This document shows positions 38,248 to 47,197 of a stretch of DNA of 62,409 nt, in pieces; position 1 is the stretch's first letter, and the number at the start of each line of letters is the position of its first letter. Origin of the DNA: a virus (taxonomy: Duplodnaviria; Caudoviricetes); the IMG/VR virus record IMGVR_UViG_3300042518_001073, positions 1-62,409 of that record; one strand, given 5' to 3'. A program made the position numbers and the translations under genes. Under the pieces are notes generated by a model. The model was given only the letters and a program-made list of their open reading frames with translations. It had not been told where the DNA came from and did no database searches.

Positions 38248-38691
38248 CTACTTGATTGGACCGCCCACGAGCCACGCATCGCACGTCCGATCGCCCGCGC
38301 ACTTAAAGTGAAAGAGCTCGCAATAGCCAAGGTTGGCCGCTTCGACCACATCAGGCGCGTAGTTCTCGTGTTCAGGCCCCTCCTCACTCGCTTCAATGCC
38401 ATTTTCGATACAGGCAATCATCTCCGGCGTCTGTATGAACGCCGCGCAGTTACCGCAACGGGCCTTCTTCGCCTCGCGAACGGTCGTCTGCCAAAGCTCG
38501 GCCTTCTTGTCCCAGAACGCACGAGACTCCGACTCCGGGTTCAACGGCCCGTAGCCGTACTCCTTGATCGCGTTGTTGCGATTCTTGAGATTGACGTGGA
38601 TATCCACCGTCGCTTCCGGGCAGCCCTTCTGGCCACGCTCGTACGACTTGCGGATCTCCTGTCCGATCGCGTCCTTCTTCACGCTCGCCAT
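38248..38691 (-). CDS. Conserved Cys-rich hypothetical protein
   Basis: CGNCAAF...GYCELFHFKC...TCDAW. Confidence 0.75.
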   Translation of the reverse strand: MASVKKDAIGQEIRKSYERGQKGCPEATVDIHVNLKNRNNAIKEYGYGPLNPESESRAFWDKKAELWQTTVREAKKARCGNCAAFIQTPEMIACIENGIEASEEGPEHENYAPDVVEAANLGYCELFHFKCAGDRTCDAWLVGGPIK

Positions 38692-38695
38692 GATG

Positions 38696-38929
38696 TCACC
38701 TGTACTGTGCCGTCTTACGTGCGATCGCCTTCGGCTGCTTTACGAATTGCTTCCCTTTAGCTTTGCCACGGCGCTTTGCAGCCGTTGTGCGAGCGTACTC
38801 AGCAGGGCTGAGAGCCTTGATCGCAGCTTCTGGAAGATATCTTTCGCCTGTTTTACTAGATGGCTTACCACTTTTGGTTCTCCACTTCTGGGCAGTCCAG
38901 TTTTTCAGTGACTGTTGGGGTGCGCGCAT
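38696..38929 (-). CDS. Small basic protein (DUF5872-like)
   Basis: QQSLKNWTAQKWRTKSGK...ERYLP. Confidence 0.75.
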   Translation of the reverse strand: MRAPQQSLKNWTAQKWRTKSGKPSSKTGERYLPEAAIKALSPAEYARTTAAKRRGKAKGKQFVKQPKAIARKTAQYR

Positions 38930-38931
38930 GG

Positions 38932-39126
38932 TTAATCCCTGTACCCGCCGCCTGCGGCTTTATAGCGTTTGGCTAAAAGCTGTGCTTTGCGGGCCGACCA
39001 TTTTCCTGCGCCCGTGCCTTGAGTGTTCGCGGCCTTGATGGAATTAAACAGGCGCTTACGCATCTCAGGCTTCGTGTAATTGCCTGCTGCGTTAACGCCG
39101 CTCTTGGCTTTTGCCTTGCGCTTCAT
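38932..39126 (-). CDS. Small basic protein
   Basis: NYTKPEMRKRLF...WSARKAQLLAKRYKAAGGGY. Confidence 0.75.
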   Translation of the reverse strand: MKRKAKAKSGVNAAGNYTKPEMRKRLFNSIKAANTQGTGAGKWSARKAQLLAKRYKAAGGGYRD

Positions 39127-39338
39127 CGTAGCGTTGCTCCTGCTGCTGCCGGCACGGTCGTCACCTGGATCGACACGTGTTGTCGAAGATTCAACACTTG
39201 CCCACAGTCCGAGCAGGTGTCGGCCTCCAGTTCGGCCTCGTCCAGATCGTATCCGCAGGCCGCGCAAAGGACTTCGATCGCATGAGCGGGTTCGATCACC
39301 CCGAGATCCGTGGTCCGTGGTTCGTGACTCACTCTCAT
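39123..39338 (-). CDS. Zinc-ribbon protein
   Basis: CAACG...CSDCG. Confidence 0.65.
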   Translation of the reverse strand: MRVSHEPRTTDLGVIEPAHAIEVLCAACGYDLDEAELEADTCSDCGQVLNLRQHVSIQVTTVPAAAGATLR

Positions 39339-39700
39339 GTGACCCTCCTCCATTCAGGCTTGCCCGCGCCTCTTGAGAAATGCGGCGTGTCGACAAGCTT
39401 CACGCCGTTGCCGCCCCAGGAGTTGAGGGGGTTTAACGATTCCCAGTACGCGCCTAACGGCGCAAGGACGTGCTTGTCATAGACGAGCTTCCCGTCCTTA
39501 AAGAAGTTCAGGTCCACCGCCCGACGGCTCAAGTGCAGGCTGTTCATGGTCTTGCTGCGACCGGCCTTGACGTGAATCTGCTGTTGCTCCGGGGTGCGGT
39601 ACAACTCGCCGCCTGTGACCACAAAGCCCATCTCGGTCGCCTTCTGGATCAACTTGCACATATCCAGCAAGAACGCAGCCTGTTCGGCAACGGCGCTCAC
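39335..39700 (-). CDS. Endolysin, M15 peptidase family
   Basis: YRTPEQQ, SLH..RRAVD, WGG...DTPHF. Confidence 0.88.
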   Translation of the reverse strand: MSAVAEQAAFLLDMCKLIQKATEMGFVVTGGELYRTPEQQQIHVKAGRSKTMNSLHLSRRAVDLNFFKDGKLVYDKHVLAPLGAYWESLNPLNSWGGNGVKLVDTPHFSRGAGKPEWRRVT

Positions 39701-40239
39701 TTGAGAGCCTCCTTGAGTTGCTCGCCCTTGTCCTTGCTGCCTTGTGAGGAGCCGAAGTAGTAGGAGACGATCTGGGTGGCAATAGCCGACAAGACACCCA
39801 ACACATAAATCAGGATGTCCTTACGGGATGATTCGACCGGCGTGTTGTCGAACATGACAACGCCAAACAACACAAAGGTCAGAATCAGAATAGACAGCGC
39901 AAGGACTGGGGTGACGATTTTATTCAATAAAGGTGCTTTGTCTGAAGTCGCAATCGACACTTCACGGTCCCGCGCTGAATCGGTGTCCTTGAGCCGCATC
40001 TCTAGTTCGGCCAAGTCAAGTTTGTTTTCCTCTATGCGCAGCCGGAGCAACTCTTCTTCGTGCTCCATTTCGGCTGTCTTCAAGCGAATGATTTCATCCG
40101 GCGACATGTCGGGCTTCAATTCCACGCCGAGCTTCTTCTCTACGTAGTCTTTGCCCTTGGCCATGACGGCATTGGCCACGAGATTTAACCCGTTGCCAAG
40201 TAGTGGCGTAAGGATCGCGCTTAAAGCTGCGGGGATCAC
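39697..40239 (-). CDS. Holin-like membrane protein
   Basis: Coiled coil, SARDRE, two C-terminal TM segments, YYFGSS. Confidence 0.65.
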   Translation of the reverse strand: MIPAALSAILTPLLGNGLNLVANAVMAKGKDYVEKKLGVELKPDMSPDEIIRLKTAEMEHEEELLRLRIEENKLDLAELEMRLKDTDSARDREVSIATSDKAPLLNKIVTPVLALSILILTFVLFGVVMFDNTPVESSRKDILIYVLGVLSAIATQIVSYYFGSSQGSKDKGEQLKEALK

Positions 40240-40481
40240 GGCTTGTCTGCCTTGCCATCCAACTTGTCAAAGATCTTGCCGAGCATGTCCTTGATCTCAT
40301 CAATGTCTCGGGCGTACCGGGCCTGATCGCGGTTATAAGAATCTTGAGTCACATACGTCAGCGGCATCTCGCGCACATCCTCGTCCAGTTTCTCAATGGA
40401 TCGGGAGATATTGTTCAAGATCCAGCCGCCGAATACACCGGCAACGCCTACGATGATGTTAAATAGGATCTGCGTGTCCAT
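40236..40481 (-). CDS. Membrane-anchored coiled-coil lysis-cassette protein
   Basis: N-terminal TM segment, ...IFDKLDGKADK. Confidence 0.6.
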   Translation of the reverse strand: MDTQILFNIIVGVAGVFGGWILNNISRSIEKLDEDVREMPLTYVTQDSYNRDQARYARDIDEIKDMLGKIFDKLDGKADKP

Positions 40482-40759
40482 TACTTCTTACCCTGTATCA
40501 CATCCAAGTTGTTATTCACGACCCACAGGTACATCGCGCACATAAGACCCGTGAGCCAGTACATGTCCACCCACCACAGTGCCGAAATGGCCGCAACCTT
40601 AAAGCTAACCATTACCGGCAATGGATCGTACTTTTCAAACAGTTTCGCCAGTATCGGGTTCATTTCCCGATGCCCCCTCTTCAACGCCACCAGCGTTGTC
40701 CAGATGTCGAGCACCTGAAGCAGTACGAAGATGACAAGGAAGAGGGTCTGGCCGGTCAC
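40481..40759 (-). CDS. DUF5658-like membrane protein
   Basis: LDIWTT...G.REMNP. Confidence 0.65.
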   Translation of the reverse strand: MTGQTLFLVIFVLLQVLDIWTTLVALKRGHREMNPILAKLFEKYDPLPVMVSFKVAAISALWWVDMYWLTGLMCAMYLWVVNNNLDVIQGKK

Positions 40760-40971
40760 GCGATTGCGTCCTGCAACGGCTTCAGGTCTTCGTTCGTCCA
40801 GAAGTCCTTTGCCAGCATGATGCCAAGGTGTTCCTTATTGCGCTTGACGCATTCGGCCCAGTCTTCGTCAGACATGCCTTCCGGCTTGCCAGCATTCAAT
40901 AGGTTGACGCTATCCATCGCGGCGCGGTAATCCCCGGCGATGTCTTCTGCGCTACGGATTTCGTTTTCCAT
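40756..40971 (-). CDS. Small tail-fibre-associated protein
   Basis: AAMDSVNLL...VKRNKEHL.IMLAKDFWT. Confidence 0.65.
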   Translation of the reverse strand: MENEIRSAEDIAGDYRAAMDSVNLLNAGKPEGMSDEDWAECVKRNKEHLGIMLAKDFWTNEDLKPLQDAIA

Positions 40972-40981
40972 GATTAAACTC

Positions 40982-41887
40982 CTAAGCAGTCAAGCAATAT
41001 ACGTTTTCGACCGGATTGCTGCCCTTAGTCAACTTGTCCTTGTACGCCGCCACGATAACCGCCGGATCAACGAGGACGTTGCGCGGATCGTTCGGGTCGA
41101 ACTTGGAGTCATCCCACTTACCTTTCATGTGGAACTGCAAGTTGGCATTGTGACTGTAGCCAAACTGCGTCCAGCGAGTTGATCCCCAGATCACCACACC
41201 CGCTTTCTTGGCGCTGGCTGAGAAGTGCTGTAAGCAAGAATCAATGCTCACGAAGCCTTCTGCGCCCTTTAACATTTCATGGACCACGGCCCAGTGTTCG
41301 TCGCACTTGAGCGCACCGGCAAATGACGGTTCGTTCGGCAGCGTTGCGTCGATGATAGCGACGTTTGGGAACTCAGCCTTCAGCATCGATACAACTTGTT
41401 GGGCAAGGTACGCGGGGTAATTTCGACCGGGGTTGTTGCTCTGGTACTGGCTGTTTGCGTTCCAACCAATTGGCGGCTGACCCCCGCTGAACTGCACGAA
41501 CATGTACTTGCCCGTCACGCCGTTCTTCTTGAGCCACTCGGCAGCGCGACCCGCAAGATGATCGGTGTACAACTTCGGGGTCATAGCCGGGTCGTATTCC
41601 ACGCCCATCAGTTCGCAGAACGATTCAATGAGATGCTGCTTGCCGAGCGCAAAGTTTGACTTGTACGGCTCGCAGTAATACAGGTTGTCCGACGCCATAA
41701 TGCGCGGATCGTTTAGCGGCAACGACTGCTCGAAGGCCATCTCAACATCCGGGTTGTTGGCAAAGCAATCGATATACGGCGTGTATACCTGAATCTTCTG
41801 TCCAGCCTTCTCAGCCAGTTTCGGCACGAGCGCGGTGAACGCTGTGCATTTGCCGATTCCGCCTTCTACGACGTAGGTATTCAGCAT
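40982..41887 (-). CDS. GT9-like (heptosyltransferase-fold) glycosyltransferase
   Basis: N-terminal GGIGK; RNYP; FVSIDSCLQHFSAS...GVVIWGST...FGY matches the GT9 C-terminal signature. Confidence 0.8.
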   Translation of the reverse strand: MLNTYVVEGGIGKCTAFTALVPKLAEKAGQKIQVYTPYIDCFANNPDVEMAFEQSLPLNDPRIMASDNLYYCEPYKSNFALGKQHLIESFCELMGVEYDPAMTPKLYTDHLAGRAAEWLKKNGVTGKYMFVQFSGGQPPIGWNANSQYQSNNPGRNYPAYLAQQVVSMLKAEFPNVAIIDATLPNEPSFAGALKCDEHWAVVHEMLKGAEGFVSIDSCLQHFSASAKKAGVVIWGSTRWTQFGYSHNANLQFHMKGKWDDSKFDPNDPRNVLVDPAVIVAAYKDKLTKGSNPVENVYCLTA

Positions 41888-41889
41888 GA

Positions 41890-42123
41890 TTACGGCACCA
41901 CCGGCAGCGTTGACCACGCATAGTTAGCGATATCCAAGTACCACGGCTCTGCGCCAAGCACCTCGTTCGCCTGCGGATCGTTGACCGCAAGCACACAGCG
42001 CCAATATGTTTGCGAGATAACCTCGCCATCCTTCAGCACTTCGGTCGTCTTGCGAACGCCAATGCTGCCGTTGGACTGCACGTTAAACTCGCTGATAAAA
42101 ACTCGTTCTTCAAAAGTTGCCAT
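41890..42123 (-). CDS. Putative tail fibre chaperone
   Basis: Directly follows the fibre gene; VRKTT...DGEVISQTYWR. Confidence 0.6.
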   Translation of the reverse strand: MATFEERVFISEFNVQSNGSIGVRKTTEVLKDGEVISQTYWRCVLAVNDPQANEVLGAEPWYLDIANYAWSTLPVVP

Positions 42124-42173
42124 GTTTATCTCCTATGGTAGGACTGTCCGTCTGCACCGTCCGATGCAGATAA

Positions 42174-45100
42174 TTAAACTTCATACGTTACTGTGAACCA
42201 AATATCCGCAGAGGTGCTAGTTAACGCGCTAACCAAAACTGTATCGGCAATGTACGCAAACGAAACGTATGTAGTTGCTTCAACAACTATTCCAACCGGC
42301 TGAATTTTAGTTACATTTCCAGTGAAATAAGTTGCGCACACATAATAACCTGTTGCTGCCGGAGTATTGTATGCTGTGAACGGAAGCCCACGGACATAAA
42401 GGACGTTTCCAGCCGTCAGTCCGGTCGTATCAATGTTTACGGCAGAACAAGTTGCCGTTACAAGTCGGCCCACTTTTGTATACGTTCCAACACATACCGT
42501 GCTGCTTGCATTTCCTCCAGTCGCAGCATCTGCAACAACTGGCGTCCACGCGCCCTCTTCGTAATCATCCAACGTATTCGCGTTGGACGATGCCGATTGC
42601 GTGGCAGGGAAGGTGATGCCGGTGCCAGCCTGTGGAACTGCGTTATCCAGTGCAACCGTTCCGCCTTCATACATGGACAGTTGGCGATTACCTGCACCGT
42701 CCGATACAACGACGTAATTGTTGCTGGTGCGAATATCAAGACTGTCTTGGTTTCCGTTGTACGAACCAAGGATCGTGTTGCACGCGCCGGTGGTGATGAG
42801 GCAGCCAGCGTTAAATCCAACTGCCGTATTAGTAGCACCACTAGTCGTAAGTTGTAGCGCAAGATCACCAATAGCCGTGTTGCATGATGCCGTAGCCGTG
42901 ATCAGCGCACGCGCGCCGACTGCTACGTTGCTTCCACCTGTGGTGTTGCAAAAACCAACAGTACGAGAAAGCCCCGTGTCCGCCGCGCCAATAAAGACGT
43001 TGAATGATCCTGTTGTATTGCACGTGCCGGTTTGCGGACCGATAAATACGTTCGCGCAACCAGTAGACGTTACCAAGCCAGCACGATCACCAATGCCAAT
43101 GTTAAAGCAGCCAGTGCTGTTTGTGAAAAGCGCGCAGCATCCAATTGCCGTATTTCTAATACCAGTCGTGTTAGATCGTAGAGCGCAAAGGCCGAATGCA
43201 GCGTTTGTTGAACCCGTCGTGTTGTTAAGTAGGGCATTAAAACCAAATGCGTCAATGCCTATACCGGTGGTATTGCATCCTCCCGCGCTCTGTCCGACGG
43301 CAGTGTTATTAGAAGCCGTCGTTTGTGAGCCAAGCGCAAAAACCCCAATTGCGGTGTTATTGCTTGCGGTCACAAGAGTAGCCGTTGCGACCGTAAAGCC
43401 TGAACCCGTACCGCCAATGGACGCAGCAGGGGCGGTCATGATCGTCGTTGTGTCGCGAAACACAGAGCCGCCACTGACAAGCGCAACTGCCGTTACCGCG
43501 CCCCCCGAGACGGTGATGTTTGCGACCGGGTAAGTGACCGCCGCTGTGCCGGATGAATACGTCAACTGAACGGAGTTATACGTTCCGTCCGTATACCCAG
43601 AACCACCGACAATCGCGCCAAACGTCGCGAGAGAAGAAGTTAAATTGCGACCGGCTATCGCTCCAACACCCGTGTTATTTAATCCAATTGTGTTGCACGC
43701 TAATGCAAGAACGCCAATTCCAACATTGCACGAAGCAGTAGTGTTTTGAGTTAATGCAGATGCACCAATTGCAACACTACACGCGCCAGTTGTGTTCTGG
43801 TTTAAAGAACTTTGACCAACCGCTACGTTGAGCGCTCCGGTTGTATTGCAAGTGGCAGACAAAGACCCAACGAACGTATTGCATCCGCCTGTCGTTGTAT
43901 TAACGCCTGCGTTAGAACCTACCGCAGTATTTTGAGCAGCAGTGGAGCATTGAAGCGCAGCAATGCCCATAGCAGTGTTATTGCTGCCGGTTGTGTTTGT
44001 TGTTAGTGCGCTTAAACCAACCGCGACGTTACAGGTTCCACTAGAGTTGTTCAGTAGTGCTTGAGTACCAACTGCGGTGTTGTTATTTGCGGTGTTAGCC
44101 GAAAGCGCGCCACTTCCAACCGCGACGTTATTTATACCAGTTTGATTACATTGCAGTGATTGGTAACCAACGGCAGTGTTAGCATTTCCAGTCGTATTTG
44201 CACGTAAAGCGCACCCGCCAACCGAAATGTTTTGGCATCCCGTCGTGTTTAATATCGACGCGCATGCACCAATTGCAGTGTTATCCGGTCCGGTATTTGT
44301 AAATAGAGCGCACCAGCCAATCGCCGTGTTGTTGTTAGAAGTGGTATTGCATCGAAGCGCGGATAAACCAACAGCGGTGTTCTGAGCACCCGTCGTATTT
44401 GCTGCAGCCGCCAAGTAACCGACTGCCGTGTTATCGGCGGCGGTGTTTGCCGTCAAAGCGCAGAAACCGACAGCGGTGTTATTATTTGATGACGTGTTAC
44501 AGATTAACGCTCTAGCGCCAAATGCGGTGTTGTTGCTGCCGGTATTTACTGCTAATGCGCTACACCCAACAGCGGTGTTGCTACTTCCAGTTTGATTGGC
44601 TCGCAGTGCAGCAAGCCCAACTGCCGTATTACCTCCACCCGTTGTATTGGAACATCCCGCGCAAGAACCCACTGCAACATTATTTTGCCCAGTAGAGTTA
44701 AGCGAAAACGCCTGATTACCAACAGCGGTGTTATCTGCGCCCGTCGTATTTGCCGCGAGTGCGCTCGCACCTACAGCAGTGTTGCTGGCGACGCTCCCTG
44801 CGCCCTGCCCAACGGCCATCCCATCAATAGTCGCCTGATTAGTAGAGACTAGCGTGTTGCCGGTTAATGTCGTGCCATCAAAAGTTAAATTCGTCGATCC
44901 AACAAGTTGTTTAGAGGCGTTGAGATACTGAACCTGATCTGCCGTACCGCCATTGACGGTGACCGTGCTTGAGCTCGTGAGCGTAGTGAACGTGCCAGCC
45001 GCGGCGGAAGAACCACCGATCGTGGTGCCGTCGATCGTGCCGCCGTTGATGTCGACGAAATCATCCATAAAGATGACATCAGTGCCGTTGACGTAGAGGT

Positions 45101-45473
45101 GCGCCTTGCGGCCGTTCGGCACCGTGATGCCCGTACCCGCCGAGGTCTTGACCGTGATGCTCTGGGATCCGGTGGTGTTGTTCTGGACGATGTATTGCTT
45201 CTGGATCGTCGGGACGACGAGCTCGCGCGTGCCCGTGAGGCTGACTGCGGAGGTGACGTTCAAGACCAGCGCACGGGCCGCCTGGGCAGCGTTGGTGTCC
45301 GTGTAGGTCAGGGTCAGGTTAGCGTCCGAGGCGTAGCTCGGGTTGCCGTAGCCGACGATAGCCTGCTCGAGCGCGGTGCCGAGGTTGGTGTTGGTGATGT
45401 TGCCCCAGGTGCCGGAGTTTTCGCCGGTCGCCTGCAACTCGATCTTCAGGTTTGAGGAGTACGAACTAGGCAT
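42174..45473 (-). CDS. Tail fibre/adhesin with YadA-like 13-14 aa repeats, Cys-enriched
   Basis: N-terminal anchor (GENSGTWG), many NTAVGxxALxxNTTG repeats, C-terminal LDDYEEGAWTP...YTKVGR. Confidence 0.9.
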   Translation of the reverse strand: MPSSYSSNLKIELQATGENSGTWGNITNTNLGTALEQAIVGYGNPSYASDANLTLTYTDTNAAQAARALVLNVTSAVSLTGTRELVVPTIQKQYIVQNNTTGSQSITVKTSAGTGITVPNGRKAHLYVNGTDVIFMDDFVDINGGTIDGTTIGGSSAAAGTFTTLTSSSTVTVNGGTADQVQYLNASKQLVGSTNLTFDGTTLTGNTLVSTNQATIDGMAVGQGAGSVASNTAVGASALAANTTGADNTAVGNQAFSLNSTGQNNVAVGSCAGCSNTTGGGNTAVGLAALRANQTGSSNTAVGCSALAVNTGSNNTAFGARALICNTSSNNNTAVGFCALTANTAADNTAVGYLAAAANTTGAQNTAVGLSALRCNTTSNNNTAIGWCALFTNTGPDNTAIGACASILNTTGCQNISVGGCALRANTTGNANTAVGYQSLQCNQTGINNVAVGSGALSANTANNNTAVGTQALLNNSSGTCNVAVGLSALTTNTTGSNNTAMGIAALQCSTAAQNTAVGSNAGVNTTTGGCNTFVGSLSATCNTTGALNVAVGQSSLNQNTTGACSVAIGASALTQNTTASCNVGIGVLALACNTIGLNNTGVGAIAGRNLTSSLATFGAIVGGSGYTDGTYNSVQLTYSSGTAAVTYPVANITVSGGAVTAVALVSGGSVFRDTTTIMTAPAASIGGTGSGFTVATATLVTASNNTAIGVFALGSQTTASNNTAVGQSAGGCNTTGIGIDAFGFNALLNNTTGSTNAAFGLCALRSNTTGIRNTAIGCCALFTNSTGCFNIGIGDRAGLVTSTGCANVFIGPQTGTCNTTGSFNVFIGAADTGLSRTVGFCNTTGGSNVAVGARALITATASCNTAIGDLALQLTTSGATNTAVGFNAGCLITTGACNTILGSYNGNQDSLDIRTSNNYVVVSDGAGNRQLSMYEGGTVALDNAVPQAGTGITFPATQSASSNANTLDDYEEGAWTPVVADAATGGNASSTVCVGTYTKVGRLVTATCSAVNIDTTGLTAGNVLYVRGLPFTAYNTPAATGYYVCATYFTGNVTKIQPVGIVVEATTYVSFAYIADTVLVSALTSTSADIWFTVTYEV

Positions 45474-45485
45474 GTGAATATCCCT

Positions 45486-46457
45486 TTACGTCGAAATCTG
45501 AGTCCAAACCACCGTATTGCCATCGTTGACTAAAGCCCAATTCTGCGCTTGCGAGTCGTCTACTGCCTGCCAAGTTGCGGCCTGTGCAGCGTTGACTGTA
45601 GCCCAGTTTTGTGCCTGCGAGTCATCGACATTCTGCCAGTTAGGAGTCTGGTTGTCATTAATCACGCCCCAAACGAGGACGCCGCTGACCACACCCGTGG
45701 CTTGGACGCCGGTGAGAAGTACGTCCGCATTAGCTGCTACTGTAACGGAGCCAACTTGGCCCGTCGCGGAAACGCCCGTGACCGGGACGTTCTGTTCGGT
45801 GACGATCGTGACATCGCCTAGCTGAGCCGTCGCGGAAACGCCTGTAAGCGTGACATTGGCGTCTCCGGTAAGTGCAACCGAGCCAACCTGCCCCGTTGCC
45901 GAAACGCCTGTAACAAAGACGTTTGTGCCCGCATTGACGTCAACCGATCCGACTTCGCCGGTGCCTTCAACGCCTGTAAGCGTGACATTGGCGTTGCCGC
46001 TGATCGTGGCGGTGCCGATAAACCCGGTGGCCTGAACGCCTGTAAGCAGTACGTCCGCACTGCCTGTGACCGTAACGGAACCGACGGAGCCTGTCGCCTC
46101 CAAGCCGATGACGGGGACGTCTGCATTGGCGGCGACTGTGACCGACCCGACCTCGCCCGTGCCCGCAACGCCGGTAAGATCGACGTTCGCGGTGCCGGTA
46201 ACCTGGACGGATCCGACGGCACCTGTGGCCTCTAGCCCCGTAACGGGGACATCTGCCCCAGCGGTAACAGTGACCGTGCCGACAACGCCGGTGGCCTCGA
46301 CGCCCGTAAGACTGACGTTTGCATCGCCAGTCGTCGCAACGGACCCAACCTGGCCCGTCCCCGTCGGAAGTGCCGCGAGGCTTTCACCCCAAGGATCGTC
46401 GCCCCAGCCTACGCCAGAAGCATTCCACCCTTGGAAAGCAACGACAGCATCGGTCAC
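45486..46457 (-). CDS. Val/Thr/Gly repeat structural protein
   Basis: About 11 x 21-aa repeats (VxxTGVxATGxVGSV), Trp-spaced termini. Confidence 0.8.
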   Translation of the reverse strand: MTDAVVAFQGWNASGVGWGDDPWGESLAALPTGTGQVGSVATTGDANVSLTGVEATGVVGTVTVTAGADVPVTGLEATGAVGSVQVTGTANVDLTGVAGTGEVGSVTVAANADVPVIGLEATGSVGSVTVTGSADVLLTGVQATGFIGTATISGNANVTLTGVEGTGEVGSVDVNAGTNVFVTGVSATGQVGSVALTGDANVTLTGVSATAQLGDVTIVTEQNVPVTGVSATGQVGSVTVAANADVLLTGVQATGVVSGVLVWGVINDNQTPNWQNVDDSQAQNWATVNAAQAATWQAVDDSQAQNWALVNDGNTVVWTQIST

Positions 46458-46469
46458 TTCCGCCTCGGA

Positions 46470-46907
46470 TTAGGCGATGCGGATGATCGCGCTGGTCGAA
46501 TCAGCGGTCGGAAAGATGATCGTGAACGTGCCGTTGGTCGAGGTCTTCGCACCACCGAAGTCGAGCACACAAACCGCCGGGTCGCCCGCCGCCGAGTCGT
46601 TGTAGATCAACGCGCCATAGGCCGTGATCGTCGCGCTCGTGAACGAGAGATCCGCAAAGTCCGTGAACGCCGTCGTGCCCGAGCTCGTCGGGGTCACGTT
46701 CGTGAGCGTGCCGCCGCCAGCAGAGTACGTGCCGGAGTTCGCCACTTCGTTGCTCGACGTGTACGCCGTGGTCGCGGCCGTGAAGGACGCGTTGTTGTCG
46801 TACAGCGCCAGCTTGAAGGTGTTGCCGGTGCCGTTCGTGAAGTTGTGAACCGCCCGCATCAGCTCCACTTTGAAGCTGGTGCACATGAAATTGCCTGTAA
46901 ATGCCAT
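46470..46907 (-). CDS. Conserved virion structural protein
   Basis: CTSFKVEL...FKLALY...GALIYN...VLDFGG. Confidence 0.75.
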   Translation of the reverse strand: MAFTGNFMCTSFKVELMRAVHNFTNGTGNTFKLALYDNNASFTAATTAYTSSNEVANSGTYSAGGGTLTNVTPTSSGTTAFTDFADLSFTSATITAYGALIYNDSAAGDPAVCVLDFGGAKTSTNGTFTIIFPTADSTSAIIRIA

Positions 46908-46909
46908 TT

Positions 46910-47197
46910 TTAATCTCCCAACAAATGAACCAGCTCTGGATGCCCCGCCTCACGAAGACGATTGGCCAACGTAAGCCGGTCCTGCTCGACGGCCTCCCTC
47001 AAATAGAAGGCGACCACGTGCTTTACTTGCGCTTTAAAGGCTCGCGCCTGCGCCTGGACAGCCGGATGCGACTGATCCCCGACGAAAATGATCTTGTCCG
47101 CGGCCCGTTGAGCGAGTTCTTCGACGTCCCAACCCCGATTCTGGGTCGTGGCGACCGATACTCCGTTCGTCAAAACAGGCATTTCTACAGTAATCAT
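46910..47197 (-). CDS. Conserved hypothetical protein
   Basis: VATTQNRG...QARAFK. Confidence 0.7.
   Translation of the reverse strand: MITVEMPVLTNGVSVATTQNRGWDVEELAQRAADKIIFVGDQSHPAVQAQARAFKAQVKHVVAFYLREAVEQDRLTLANRLREAGHPELVHLLGD

Noticed and set aside
42174-45473. Cys excess caused by stop-codon recoding or DGR mutagenesis
   Set aside because: Cys codons are standard TGY in an open frame; no reverse transcriptase or template repeat was seen
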